DNA from: Escherichia coli
Lineage (GTDB): Bacteria > Pseudomonadota > Gammaproteobacteria > Enterobacterales > Enterobacteriaceae
Length of the DNA stretch: 64,000 nucleotides
Direction: 5' to 3' (one strand)
Assembly (NCBI RefSeq): GCF_011045215.1
Contig: NZ_CP049201.1
A program made the position numbers and the translations under genes. Position 1 is the stretch's first letter. The number at the start of each line of letters is the position of its first letter. Below are positions 53,846 through 64,000 of this stretch, piece after piece. The notes below the pieces were generated by a model that searched no databases, was not told the DNA's origin, and saw only the letters and a program-made list of their open reading frames with translations.

Positions 53846-55951
53846 ATGAACAAATCAGGGAAATACCTCGTCTGGACAGTGCTCTCTGTAATGGGAGCAT
53901 TTGCTCTGGGATACATTGCTTTAAATCGTGGGGAACAGATCAACGCGCTGTGGATTGTGGTGGCGTCGGTCTGTATCTATCTGATCGCTTACCGTTTTTA
54001 TGGGCTGTATATCGCCAAAAATGTGCTGGCGGTTGACCCGACGCGTATGACGCCAGCGGTGCGCCATAACGACGGGCTGGACTATGTGCCGACGGACAAG
54101 AAAGTGCTGTTCGGTCACCATTTTGCGGCCATTGCCGGAGCAGGTCCGCTGGTGGGGCCGGTGCTGGCGGCGCAAATGGGTTACCTGCCGGGGATGATCT
54201 GGCTGCTCGCCGGGGTGGTTCTCGCCGGTGCGGTGCAGGATTTCATGGTGCTGTTTGTTTCTACGCGCCGTGACGGTCGTTCGCTGGGTGAGCTGGTCAA
54301 AGAAGAGATGGGGCCAACCGCCGGGGTGATCGCGCTGGTGGCCTGCTTTATGATCATGGTCATTATCCTTGCAGTACTGGCGATGATCGTGGTGAAAGCC
54401 CTGACTCATAGCCCGTGGGGAACGTATACCGTTGCGTTCACCATTCCGCTGGCGCTGTTTATGGGAATCTACCTGCGCTATCTGCGTCCGGGGCGTATTG
54501 GTGAAGTGTCGGTCATCGGTCTGGTATTCCTGATTTTCGCCATTATTTCTGGCGGCTGGGTGGCAGAAAGTCCGACCTGGGCACCGTACTTTGACTTTAC
54601 CGGCGTGCAGCTGACCTGGATGCTGGTGGGTTACGGTTTTGTGGCGGCGGTGCTGCCGGTGTGGTTGCTGCTGGCTCCGCGTGACTACCTCTCTACCTTC
54701 CTGAAAATCGGGACGATCGTCGGTCTGGCGGTAGGCATTTTGATTATGCGCCCGACGCTGACCATGCCTGCGCTGACCAAATTTGTCGATGGCACTGGCC
54801 CGGTATGGACCGGTAACCTGTTCCCGTTCCTGTTTATCACCATCGCCTGTGGTGCGGTGTCTGGCTTCCATGCGCTGATCTCTTCCGGTACCACGCCGAA
54901 GATGCTGGCGAACGAAGGGCAGGCGTGCTTTATCGGCTACGGCGGGATGTTGATGGAATCCTTCGTGGCGATTATGGCACTGGTTTCCGCCTGTATCATC
55001 GATCCGGGCGTCTATTTCGCCATGAACAGCCCGATGGCGGTGCTGGCTCCGGCAGGGACGGCGGATGTGGTCGCTTCTGCGGCGCAAGTGGTGAGTAGCT
55101 GGGGCTTTGCGATTACCCCGGATACGCTAAACCAGATTGCCAGCGAAGTGGGTGAACAGTCGATCATTTCCCGTGCGGGCGGTGCGCCGACGTTGGCGGT
55201 GGGGATGGCTTACATCCTGCACGGTGCGCTGGGTGGTATGATGGATGTGGCGTTCTGGTATCACTTCGCCATTCTGTTTGAAGCTCTGTTTATTCTGACG
55301 GCGGTAGATGCGGGTACGCGTGCTGCGCGCTTTATGTTGCAGGATCTGCTGGGCGTGGTTTCTCCGGGCCTGAAACGGACCGATTCACTGCCTGCTAACC
55401 TGCTGGCAACGGCGCTGTGCGTGCTAGCGTGGGGCTACTTCCTGCATCAGGGTGTGGTCGATCCGCTGGGCGGTATTAACACTCTGTGGCCGCTGTTTGG
55501 TATTGCCAACCAGATGCTGGCAGGGATGGCGCTGATGCTCTGTGCCGTGGTGCTGTTCAAAATGAAACGTCAACGTTACGCCTGGGTGGCGCTGGTACCA
55601 ACGGCCTGGCTGCTGATTTGTACCCTGACCGCAGGCTGGCAGAAAGCGTTTAGCCCGGATGCGAAAGTCGGCTTCCTGGCCATTGCTAACAAGTTCCAGG
55701 CAATGATCGACAGCGGCAATATTCCGTCGCAGTATACTGAGTCACAGCTGGCGCAACTGGTGTTCAACAACCGTCTGGATGCCGGGTTAACCATCTTCTT
55801 TATGGTGGTCGTGGTGGTTCTGGCACTGTTCTCGATTAAGACGGCACTGGCGGCATTGAAAGAGCCGAAGCCAACGGCGAAAGAAACGCCGTATGAGCCA
55901 ATGCCGGAAAATGTCGAGGAGATCGTGGCGCAGGCAAAAGGCGCGCACTAA
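53846..55951 (+). CDS. cstA: Carbon starvation protein A (peptide/pyruvate transporter) CstA
   Basis: 701-aa product MNKSGKYLVWTVLSVMGAFALGYIALNRGEQINALWIVVASVCIYLIAYRFYGLYIAKNVLAVD... Confidence 0.95.
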   Translation: MNKSGKYLVWTVLSVMGAFALGYIALNRGEQINALWIVVASVCIYLIAYRFYGLYIAKNVLAVDPTRMTPAVRHNDGLDYVPTDKKVLFGHHFAAIAGAGPLVGPVLAAQMGYLPGMIWLLAGVVLAGAVQDFMVLFVSTRRDGRSLGELVKEEMGPTAGVIALVACFMIMVIILAVLAMIVVKALTHSPWGTYTVAFTIPLALFMGIYLRYLRPGRIGEVSVIGLVFLIFAIISGGWVAESPTWAPYFDFTGVQLTWMLVGYGFVAAVLPVWLLLAPRDYLSTFLKIGTIVGLAVGILIMRPTLTMPALTKFVDGTGPVWTGNLFPFLFITIACGAVSGFHALISSGTTPKMLANEGQACFIGYGGMLMESFVAIMALVSACIIDPGVYFAMNSPMAVLAPAGTADVVASAAQVVSSWGFAITPDTLNQIASEVGEQSIISRAGGAPTLAVGMAYILHGALGGMMDVAFWYHFAILFEALFILTAVDAGTRAARFMLQDLLGVVSPGLKRTDSLPANLLATALCVLAWGYFLHQGVVDPLGGINTLWPLFGIANQMLAGMALMLCAVVLFKMKRQRYAWVALVPTAWLLICTLTAGWQKAFSPDAKVGFLAIANKFQAMIDSGNIPSQYTESQLAQLVFNNRLDAGLTIFFMVVVVVLALFSIKTALAALKEPKPTAKETPYEPMPENVEEIVAQAKGAH

Positions 55952-55994
55952 AGTCAGAGTGAGGGGGGATGTTGGCGAATGTTGGCATAGTGCC

Positions 55995-56100
55995 GAGGGT
56001 TCCCCCTCACCCTAACCCTCTCCCCGATGGGGCGAGGGGACTGACCGAGCGCGTTGATAGCATTTGTAGGCCGGATAAGGCGTTCACGCCGCATCCGGCA
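55995..56100. repeat. REP/BIME-type palindromic elements between cstA and ybdD
   Basis: ccctctccccgatggggcgagggg palindrome followed by tgtaggccggataaggcgttcacgccgcatccggca (canonical REP). Confidence 0.8.
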
Positions 56101-56132
56101 CTCTTTCAGCAACATGGTTAGCGGAGGCCAAG

Positions 56133-56330
56133 ATGTTTGATTCACTGGCAAAAGCCGGAAAATATTTAGGTCAGGCGGCGAAGCTGATGATTGGTATGCC
56201 TGATTACGACAACTATGTCGAACATATGCGGGTTAACCATCCCGATCAAACGCCGATGACCTACGAAGAGTTTTTCCGTGAGCGGCAGGACGCGCGCTAC
56301 GGTGGAAAAGGCGGCGCGCGCTGCTGCTAA
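56133..56330 (+). CDS. ybdD: Small DUF466 protein YbdD (CstA-associated)
   Basis: 65-aa product [65 protein letters not shown]. Confidence 0.9.
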   Translation: MFDSLAKAGKYLGQAAKLMIGMPDYDNYVEHMRVNHPDQTPMTYEEFFRERQDARYGGKGGARCC

Positions 56331-56339
56331 ATTTGCACG

Positions 56340-57428
56340 TCAGGCTTTAAACGATTCCACTTTTTCGAACGCTGCACGCAACGTATCTGGTGTCAGCGTG
56401 ACTGGCAGGTAATGAATGGACTCCACCGGGCGCAAGGTGTGGGCAATCACTTTGTCGATCTCCGCCTGATTATTGATATCCACTTCCAGCTCCGCCAGCG
56501 TAGTCGGCAGATGAAAACGCTGATACGCTCCAGTTAATTGCGCCAGAACATCATCCTGACCCAGCAAGGCGCTTTGCACCAGAATTCCGTAGGCGACTTT
56601 GGTGCCGTGAAGAAACTTCTCGGTTTGCGGCAGCACGGTCAGACCGTTATGCACGGCATGAGCCGCCGCCACACGCGTAAAACGATCGCCCAGACCACCG
56701 ACCATCCCACCACCAGCAATAATAGCATCCACCACATCGCAAAATGATTGCGTTAACTGTTGATTTTGCTGATCGCTCAGCGCCTGTTCGCTACTGTTTA
56801 ACAAGACGTCGCGAATGGCCTGCGCATTATTGATCCCCAGTCGCACGGTTAGCGGCAACGTTTCTGGTTGCGGAGCCAGCACCACCGCTTCATACCATTT
56901 CGCCAGCGTGTCACCGATCCCCGCCAGCAGATATTGTTGCGGCGCATTGAGGATAATCTCTGGTTCCACCAGCACCATAAAATTGGCGTCGTCGAAAATC
57001 TCATAATGCAGCGCCTGTCCGGCATCGTTATACCAGACGGAGAGCGGTGTCCAGGCGGCGCAGGTGGCGGCGATCGTCGGAGCGGCAACAAATGGCAGAC
57101 CGAGACGGCGGGCGAGGGCTTTCGCGGTGTCGAGCAGTGCGCCGCCGCCGACGCCAATCACCACGCTGCGATCGTCACCGGACTCAGCCGCCAGTTGCTG
57201 TACATCGCTTTCGCTGCAATGACCACGAAACAAAATATGCTTTGCCCCTGGAAGTCCAAACGCTGGCGGAAGTTTGGTTTGCGCCGCAGCAATGGCGCGT
57301 TTGCCGTAGATCCACACAGCGCGAGAAAGTTGTTCATCAGTGAAAAAATCGTGCAGGTGATTGAAACTTCCTGGATGTGAAAAGTAGTTAGCCGGGCCGA
57401 CGACCACGCGGATAGGATTGTGAGGCAT
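56340..57428 (-). CDS. ybdH: Iron-containing alcohol dehydrogenase family (glycerol dehydrogenase-like) hydroxycarboxylate dehydrogenase YbdH
   Basis: 362-aa product MPHNPIRVVVGPANYFSHPGSFNHLHDFFTDEQLSRAVWIYGKRAIAAAQ... with a GGGALLD-type motif. Confidence 0.9.
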   Translation of the reverse strand: MPHNPIRVVVGPANYFSHPGSFNHLHDFFTDEQLSRAVWIYGKRAIAAAQTKLPPAFGLPGAKHILFRGHCSESDVQQLAAESGDDRSVVIGVGGGALLDTAKALARRLGLPFVAAPTIAATCAAWTPLSVWYNDAGQALHYEIFDDANFMVLVEPEIILNAPQQYLLAGIGDTLAKWYEAVVLAPQPETLPLTVRLGINNAQAIRDVLLNSSEQALSDQQNQQLTQSFCDVVDAIIAGGGMVGGLGDRFTRVAAAHAVHNGLTVLPQTEKFLHGTKVAYGILVQSALLGQDDVLAQLTGAYQRFHLPTTLAELEVDINNQAEIDKVIAHTLRPVESIHYLPVTLTPDTLRAAFEKVESFKA

Positions 57429-57536
57429 GTTGTGTTGTCCTTATTGTTTTATTTAGACATCTAAACGTCTTGATTGCCAAATACTAGCATCGTGTTATAG
57501 TGCCTTCAACACGCAACTTCGTCAGGTACAATAAAA

Positions 57537-58697
57537 ATGACAAATAACCCTCTGATTCCACAAAGCAAACTTCCACAACTTGGCACCACTATTTTCACCC
57601 AGATGAGCGCGCTGGCGCAGCAACACCAGGCGATTAACCTGTCGCAAGGCTTTCCTGATTTTGATGGTCCGCGCTATTTACAGGAGCGGCTGGCGTACCA
57701 CGTTGCCCAGGGGGCAAACCAATACGCGCCCATGACCGGCGTGCAGGCCTTGCGCGAGGCGATTGCTCTGAAAACGGAACGTTTGTATGGCTATCAACCA
57801 GATGCCGATAGCGATATCACCGTAACGGCAGGGGCGACGGAAGCGTTATACGCGGCGATTACCGCACTGGTGCGCAATGGCGATGAAGTGATTTGTTTTG
57901 ATCCCAGCTATGACAGTTACGCCCCCGCCATCGCGCTTTCTGGGGGAATAGTGAAGCGTATGGCACTGCAACCACCGCATTTTCGCGTTGACTGGCAGGA
58001 ATTTGCCGCATTGTTAAGCGAGCGCACCAGACTGGTGATCCTCAACACTCCGCATAATCCCAGTGCAACTGTCTGGCAGCAGGCTGATTTCGCCGCTTTG
58101 TGGCAGGCGATCGCCGGGCACGAGATTTTTGTCATTAGCGATGAAGTCTACGAGCACATCAACTTTTCACAACAGGGCCATGCCAGTGTGCTGGCGCATC
58201 CGCAGCTGCGTGAGCGGGCAGTGGCGGTTTCTTCATTTGGCAAGACCTATCATATGACCGGCTGGAAAGTGGGTTATTGTGTTGCGCCAGCGCCCATCAG
58301 CGCCGAAATTCGCAAGGTACATCAGTATCTGACCTTTTCGGTAAATACCCCGGCACAGTTGGCAATTGCGGATATGCTACGTGCAGAACCTGAGCATTAT
58401 CTTGCGTTACCGGACTTTTATCGCCAGAAGCGCGATATTCTGGTAAATGCCTTAAATGAAAGTCGGCTGGAGATTTTACCGTGCGAAGGCACATACTTTT
58501 TGCTGGTGGATTACAGCGCGGTTTCTACCCTGGATGATGTTGAGTTTTGCCAGTGGCTGACGCAGGAGCACGGCGTGGCGGCGATTCCGCTATCGGTGTT
58601 TTGCGCCGATCCCTTCCCACATAAACTGATTCGTCTCTGTTTTGCCAAGAAGGAATCGACGTTGCTGGCAGCAGCTGAACGACTGCGCCAGCTGTAG
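57537..58697 (+). CDS. ybdL: PLP-dependent methionine aminotransferase YbdL
   Basis: 386-aa product MTNNPLIPQSKLPQLGTTIFTQMSALAQQHQAINLSQGFPDFDGPRYLQERL...; PLP lysine in SFGKTYHMTGWKVGY. Confidence 0.9.
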   Translation: MTNNPLIPQSKLPQLGTTIFTQMSALAQQHQAINLSQGFPDFDGPRYLQERLAYHVAQGANQYAPMTGVQALREAIALKTERLYGYQPDADSDITVTAGATEALYAAITALVRNGDEVICFDPSYDSYAPAIALSGGIVKRMALQPPHFRVDWQEFAALLSERTRLVILNTPHNPSATVWQQADFAALWQAIAGHEIFVISDEVYEHINFSQQGHASVLAHPQLRERAVAVSSFGKTYHMTGWKVGYCVAPAPISAEIRKVHQYLTFSVNTPAQLAIADMLRAEPEHYLALPDFYRQKRDILVNALNESRLEILPCEGTYFLLVDYSAVSTLDDVEFCQWLTQEHGVAAIPLSVFCADPFPHKLIRLCFAKKESTLLAAAERLRQL

Positions 58698-59327
58698 TTA
58701 TTTGACAGTCCAGGCGCGGGAATATTGACGGTCGGCAAACAGCTCTTGCAGACCGTTAATTTGCTTCAGGCGCAGCACTTCGTCGCTGTCCATTCCCAGC
58801 TCTTTGCCAATTTTATTATCGTCCCATCCCAACTGGCTAAGTTCACGGACGATTTCCGACATGGCGGTGATTTGATGGCGTCCACGAGCGCGATTATGAC
58901 GAATAGTCGCGGCGATGCGTTGATTACGCGTACCTTCCAGACAGGTCACCGGCAAATAACCTTTTAAGCGTAATTTTAATGATGATGAGCCTTTACCAAT
59001 TTCATGGCGGTGAAAACCATCCACGATTTCCAGGGCATTTTTATCCGTATGCGTGACCACAATGGGTTGGGTAAAACCATCTATTTCAATGGATTTTTTC
59101 AGCAGTTTTTTTTCGGGTGGTGCCACGTTGTTTGGGTTGTAATCATTAGGCATAAGTTGGCTGTTTTTAACCCACAGAACGCAATCCACTGGCTCTTCAC
59201 GAAAGGGGCTAACCTGATGGATCGCCATGCGGATTTCATTAATCGCGTTGATGCGATCATCTTCCGGCAAGCTGGCGAGAAATTGCGTTAAATCCTGCGT
59301 TAATCGTTGTTGCATAGTATCCCCCAT
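58698..59327 (-). CDS. ybdM: ParB-like nuclease-domain protein YbdM
   Basis: 209-aa product MGDTMQQRLTQDLTQFLASLPEDDRINAINEIRMAIHQVSPFREEPVDCVLWVK...; convergent with ybdL (stop codons abut). Confidence 0.85.
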   Translation of the reverse strand: MGDTMQQRLTQDLTQFLASLPEDDRINAINEIRMAIHQVSPFREEPVDCVLWVKNSQLMPNDYNPNNVAPPEKKLLKKSIEIDGFTQPIVVTHTDKNALEIVDGFHRHEIGKGSSSLKLRLKGYLPVTCLEGTRNQRIAATIRHNRARGRHQITAMSEIVRELSQLGWDDNKIGKELGMDSDEVLRLKQINGLQELFADRQYSRAWTVK

Positions 59328-60520
59328 TCCTGACGTTTTCCTTTTATCCGTTCGTTATAACGCTGATAGTTCTTCGCTTTCGTAGGACTAAATGATAATG
59401 CCCGACACCAGTAATCGTTATTGAGTAAAACTTTGCATATCCGCCGCCAGGAGGGGATATCTTTCGCGCCAATGTCCCCTTGCTGGGTTTGTGGAACCTC
59501 GATGCCTTTTTTCTGATACCCGTGCAAATAAATGGCGATTTTATTGCGGTAATGCTCAGCTGTTTTTTCCGGCATGCTATTGAGCAGCAATAATGCATAT
59601 TCTTGCCAGTCTAAATGTTCTGGCTTGAGGATTTTCCGATGCCCATAGAAATGATTGTCATGTCCGGCGTAAATGCCGCCACTTTTTACCCCGCTGACTC
59701 GTGCGCACATAGCAGCCCAGCGATCCGGTTCGATAACGTGATAGAGCCATAATCCTTGTCGTTGCTCCGGGCCAAAAGGTTCGCAAATTCGCATATGACG
59801 CAGAGGAACGCCTGCCTGATACATTAGGTTATACAGTGGGTTGCAGAGACTTTGATGATTTGCATACTAGGTCCAGATATCAGCCACTTTCCAGTCGTAA
59901 ATGGGGTAAATGTACCAGCTATGACCGCCTGGTGCGGCCGTAGTCCAGGGTTTATCGTCGGCAAAACGTTGTTTATTTAAACTGGCGATGGCGACAAAAC
60001 GGTTGTAGGACTCATCCGCACGGATGCCGATCATCATCGCCGCCGGACGTTTTTGTGAAAACCATTCGGCAAACTCACGTACAAATTGTTCGAAGGTCAT
60101 GCCTGGCTGGTAAAAGGAGAAAAAGTCAGGATCGGTTATCGCATCTTGCGGGGGCTGACGCACCCATTCGACATCAGGTTCCCAGCACTGCCATTCGGGT
60201 TGGTATTGTGAAAGGGAATTTTGCGTCGTAAGCGGGAGCGCAACCCAGTAAAACTCTTCGATGACATCGGTGTACAACTCGCGCAGGGACTGAACATAGT
60301 TAATGGTGCAAGAGAATTGCGCCTCCCAGTCGATAAACAAAACGCAGATTTTTTTGCCCATTTGTCGGGCAAGTTCGGCTGTCAGATGCAGCATTAAACT
60401 AGAGTCTTTGCCGCCAGAAAATGAGACACAAACGCGGGGTAGGGTGTTGAGTGTCCAGGTAATACGCTCTCGTGCAGCTTCCAGAATATTGAGCGGAAGA
60501 GGAATTTTATAAATAGACAT
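59300..60520 (-). pseudogene. ybdN: PAPS-reductase-like protein YbdN interrupted by an in-frame TAG (amber) stop at about 59867-59869
   Basis: Two same-frame ORFs, 59867-60520 (217 aa, PP-loop SFSGGKDSSLMLHL) and 59300-59824 (174 aa), are separated only by one TAG and 14 sense codons (…VADIWT*YANHQSLCNPLYNLMYQAGVP…); together they total 406 codons. Confidence 0.75.
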
Positions 60521-60666
60521 CTAAAGACGCTCTCTGAACGTTACAGGGTGATCAGTGAGATAAGACTGTTAATTATAAAGTAAACACTGAAAAGCAGAGT
60601 GTTTTATTTTTCATTCGCGCTGTGAATAAATAGGTGAAAGTTATAGTAGCTGTCTGAGGTTATATA

Positions 60667-61569
60667 TCAAAAACACTCATTTAGACGGTCAATAAATCGT
60701 GAGAACACCAGATTGTTTAAAGAAGATTTATTATAGGAAATGTAAAGCTTTATTGAAGGTAACGGATGTTCTAGTTTTATCTCTTTTAAATTAAGAAAGT
60801 CACGGTGGGAGTTATAAAGTTCATAGGGGACTATTCCCAGTAAATCTGTAACTGCAATGCTATTAATGATTGTCAGCAAAGAGGAACCACGAAATGAAAT
60901 TTTGCGATTCATAAATCTCTCGTCTATTTCCATTTGAATATCATCAACCCCTGCTGATTTAGATATTAATTGGGTGAACTCTTCTGCCATAATTTGTTCA
61001 TAAGTGCTATTGTCAGTAATTCGTGGATGCCTATTACTACAAATGAGAGTATTGCGAATCGTATGCAATGGCATGCATATGACGGAACGGCTGATCACTG
61101 GCATTTGGGTGATCACCAGATCGGCTTTGCGGTGAACCAACAGTTCTTCAGCATTCTCTGCTGACATGAGGATATCATGGCACTCAATCTCGACAGAGGC
61201 ATCTTGCCGTAGGCAGCGGATCAGCATACTATTATTAGAGCAAGAAATGAGCTGAGGGCCGTAGATAATAAAGTTTTTCTTTAGTTCGGACTTATTGACT
61301 ATATTAATTGTTTGTTCAAGGCCTCTGAGATTTTTCTCAAGATGGTGATGCAGATTTAACCCTGTTGTCGTCGGCGCGATACCTTTTCCTGAGCGAATGA
61401 ATAAAGGGTCATTAAATTGCGCACGTAAGCGTTGTAACGACTGGCTCACGGCTGATGGGGTGATATATAGTGATTCAGCAGCTTTGCTAATGCTTAAATG
61501 CTGGTAAATACACTCAAATATGACAAGAAGATTTAAGTCGAACTTTTTCAAGTCGTAGAGATTGGTCAT
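60667..61569 (-). CDS. ybdO: LysR-family transcriptional regulator YbdO
   Basis: 300-aa product MTNLYDLKKFDLNLLVIFECIYQHLSISKAAESLYITPSAVSQSLQRLRAQFNDPLFIRSGKG... (N-terminal HTH). Confidence 0.9.
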   Translation of the reverse strand: MTNLYDLKKFDLNLLVIFECIYQHLSISKAAESLYITPSAVSQSLQRLRAQFNDPLFIRSGKGIAPTTTGLNLHHHLEKNLRGLEQTINIVNKSELKKNFIIYGPQLISCSNNSMLIRCLRQDASVEIECHDILMSAENAEELLVHRKADLVITQMPVISRSVICMPLHTIRNTLICSNRHPRITDNSTYEQIMAEEFTQLISKSAGVDDIQMEIDERFMNRKISFRGSSLLTIINSIAVTDLLGIVPYELYNSHRDFLNLKEIKLEHPLPSIKLYISYNKSSLNNLVFSRFIDRLNECF

Positions 61570-61777
61570 ACACTACTCCGGTTATATTTTTCTTCCATGA
61601 TATATTCACTTAATCAATGTTTTTTGCGTATATATTTTTATTGATTATGTTTTTTTGCTTAACTCAGGATTAAGTTTTTCTAAAATAGCACAGCCACTTA
61701 GGGCAGAGTGAGCAATTCATGCTTTTTTAGGATGGTTGAAAATCAGGGATATAGTTCAACCATCCATGAATTACCTT

Positions 61778-62524
61778 TTATTTATTTCCCATAATGATAT
61801 TAAGCGTTTTCTGATCGGGCAACCCCACGGCCTGTTGCAGCGTATTTTCCTTACTCATGTAATAGATAGCCGGAGTGACATTTGCCCCCAGATCGTCCAT
61901 GAGTTTCTCGTTGTCGCTTAACACTTTCATTTGCTCTGTACTTACGTTTGCAGGCACGTTTAGCTTAAGCTTGCCACCAGAGGCTTCATATTCTTGCCAG
62001 GTTTTTGCGGGATCTTTGGAGGCAAGAATTGCCGCGGCTGTCGCCGGACTTTCTGGTTTGATAACCCCAACCAACAATGTTCTCAACTGTACTTTGCCAG
62101 AATCTACCCACGGGCGCGCCTGCTGCCAGAACTGTTTACAATATGGGCAGAACGGATCGGCGAAGACGTAGACAATGACCGGCGCGTCTTTTTTACCGTC
62201 GAGGAGCCAGTGGGATTGTTCCATCCGTTGCCACATTTCGCGTCCGGCTGGTGCGTAAATTTCTTTTTCGATAAGTGTGTTACTCAGGTTTTCACCTTTC
62301 TCGTTGTACATGTAACCAGAGATAGCGTGCTTACCATCTGGAGTCAGGTAGATGGTGACGCCCATATCCTGATACTTTCCGAGATAACCTTTCATTCCTC
62401 CGGGGGCATCGAACGTTTTGATGATCGTAATACCCTGTTTTTCAATCGCTTTTACTGGAGCAGGAAGTTCCTCTGCGAAGGCGATTGCAGGAAGCAGAGC
62501 CAGTAAAAGTATCTTTTTTAACAT
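61778..62524 (-). CDS. dsbG: Periplasmic thiol:disulfide oxidoreductase DsbG
   Basis: 248-aa product from [38 protein letters not shown]...; CPYC active site. The track ORF extends 20 codons upstream. Confidence 0.9.
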
Positions 62525-62895
62525 TAATTTGTCCTTTTCAGTCAGTGCAAAAGTCGAGTAAAAGGCATAACCTATCATTGTCATAGGTAAGAGCTTAGAT
62601 CAGGTGATTGCCCTTTGTTTATGAGGGTGTTGTAATCCATGTCGTTGTTGCATTTGTAAGAGCAACACCGCAGCCTGCAGACAGGCGCTGAAGATACCAA
62701 AGGGTAGTTCAGATTACACGGTCACCTGGAAAGGGGGCCATTTTACTTTTTATCGCCGCTGGCGGTGCAAAGTTCACAAAGTTGTCTTACGAAGGTTGTA
62801 AGGTAAAACTTATCGATTTGATAATGGAAACGCATTAGCCGAATCGGTAAAAATTGGTTACCTTACATCTCATCGAAAACACGGAGGAAGTATAG

Positions 62896-63459
62896 ATGTC
62901 CTTGATTAACACCAAAATTAAACCTTTTAAAAACCAGGCATTCAAAAACGGCGAATTCATCGAAATCACCGAAAAAGATACCGAAGGCCGCTGGAGCGTC
63001 TTCTTCTTCTACCCGGCTGACTTTACTTTCGTATGCCCGACCGAACTGGGTGACGTTGCTGACCACTACGAAGAACTGCAGAAACTGGGCGTAGACGTAT
63101 ACGCAGTATCTACCGATACTCACTTCACCCACAAAGCATGGCACAGCAGCTCTGAAACCATCGCTAAAATCAAATATGCGATGATCGGCGACCCGACTGG
63201 CGCCCTGACCCGTAACTTCGACAACATGCGTGAAGATGAAGGTCTGGCTGACCGTGCGACCTTCGTTGTTGACCCGCAGGGTATCATCCAGGCAATCGAA
63301 GTTACCGCTGAAGGCATTGGCCGTGACGCGTCTGACCTGCTGCGTAAAATCAAAGCAGCACAGTACGTAGCTTCTCACCCAGGTGAAGTTTGCCCGGCTA
63401 AATGGAAAGAAGGTGAAGCAACTCTGGCTCCGTCTCTGGACCTGGTTGGTAAAATCTAA
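62896..63459 (+). CDS. ahpC: Alkyl hydroperoxide reductase peroxiredoxin subunit AhpC
   Basis: 187-aa product [65 protein letters not shown]... Confidence 0.97.
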   Translation: MSLINTKIKPFKNQAFKNGEFIEITEKDTEGRWSVFFFYPADFTFVCPTELGDVADHYEELQKLGVDVYAVSTDTHFTHKAWHSSSETIAKIKYAMIGDPTGALTRNFDNMREDEGLADRATFVVDPQGIIQAIEVTAEGIGRDASDLLRKIKAAQYVASHPGEVCPAKWKEGEATLAPSLDLVGKI

Positions 63460-63481
63460 GTTCCGCAATCGCGTAATTAAT

Positions 63482-63506
63482 CGGGTGCTGCGGCACCCGA
63501 TTTTCT
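63482..63506 (+). terminator. Hairpin (cgggtgctgcggcacccg) plus T-tract between ahpC and ahpF; attenuating terminator candidate
   Basis: Perfect 7-bp GC-rich stem with a 4-nt loop followed by ATTTTCTT. Confidence 0.65.
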
Positions 63507-63587
63507 TCCCCGCACCATGATGCAAGCTGCATCCAGGTAGCCGTAGAGGCCGCTTGCATGATGATGTTTAAAGCCCAGGAGATAAAC

Positions 63588-64000
63588 ATGCTCGACACAA
63601 ATATGAAAACTCAACTCAAGGCTTACCTTGAGAAATTGACCAAGCCTGTTGAGTTAATTGCCACGCTGGATGACAGCGCTAAATCGGCAGAAATCAAGGA
63701 ACTGTTGGCTGAAATCGCAGAACTGTCAGACAAAGTCACCTTTAAAGAAGATAACAGCTTGCCGGTGCGTAAGCCGTCTTTCCTGATCACCAACCCAGGT
63801 TCTAACCAGGGGCCACGTTTTGCAGGCTCCCCGCTGGGCCACGAGTTCACCTCGCTGGTACTGGCGTTACTGTGGACCGGTGGTCATCCGTCGAAAGAAG
63901 CGCAGTCTCTGCTGGAGCAGATTCGCCATATTGACGGTGATTTTGAATTCGAAACCTATTACTCGCTCTCTTGCCATAACTGCCCGGACGTGGTGCAGGC
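63588..64000 (+). CDS. ahpF: Alkyl hydroperoxide reductase flavoprotein subunit AhpF (5' part; continues past the window end)
   Basis: Product [56 protein letters not shown]...[13 protein letters not shown].. is open to the window edge. Confidence 0.95.
   Translation, partial: MLDTNMKTQLKAYLEKLTKPVELIATLDDSAKSAEIKELLAEIAELSDKVTFKEDNSLPVRKPSFLITNPGSNQGPRFAGSPLGHEFTSLVLALLWTGGHPSKEAQSLLEQIRHIDGDFEFETYYSLSCHNCPDVVQ

Noticed and set aside
53921-55087. 388-aa minus-strand ORF antisense to cstA
   Set aside because: Shadow ORF of a conserved gene; the translation is Arg/His-rich nonsense with no domain signature.

Overview
The window reads as Escherichia coli chromosome (identifications are from my recollection of reference protein sequences; no searches were run). 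The first ~11.7 kb is the distal arm of a DLP12-like cryptic lambdoid prophage: a RusA-like gene, a lambda-type cos site, terminase small subunit Nu1, a truncated terminase large subunit joined out of frame to an internal fragment of tail-tip gene J, a side-tail-fibre C-terminal gene with tfa, then accessory cargo, and ompT. The cargo is the main point of interest: a yciG/yciF/yciE/Mn-catalase stress operon, an intact ybcY-like SAM methyltransferase, and a secreted alpha/beta-hydrolase peptidase; the first two lie between directly repeated tfa 3' segments. The prophage ends at a 45-nt duplicate of the tRNA-Arg (argU) 3' end, the attR, near 11.69-11.73 kb. Downstream is conserved backbone: envY, ybcH, nfrA-nfrB, cusRS/cusCFBA, pheP, ybdG, nfsB, ybdF-ybdJ-ybdK, hokE, the enterobactin cluster (entD, fepA, fes, ybdZ, entF, fepE, fepCGD, entS, fepB, entCEBAH), cstA, ybdD, ybdH, ybdL, ybdM, ybdN, ybdO, dsbG, ahpC and the start of ahpF. 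ybdN carries an in-frame TAG stop. No CRISPR array, IS element or recognisable defence system was found. Non-ORF coordinates are approximate to a few nt.
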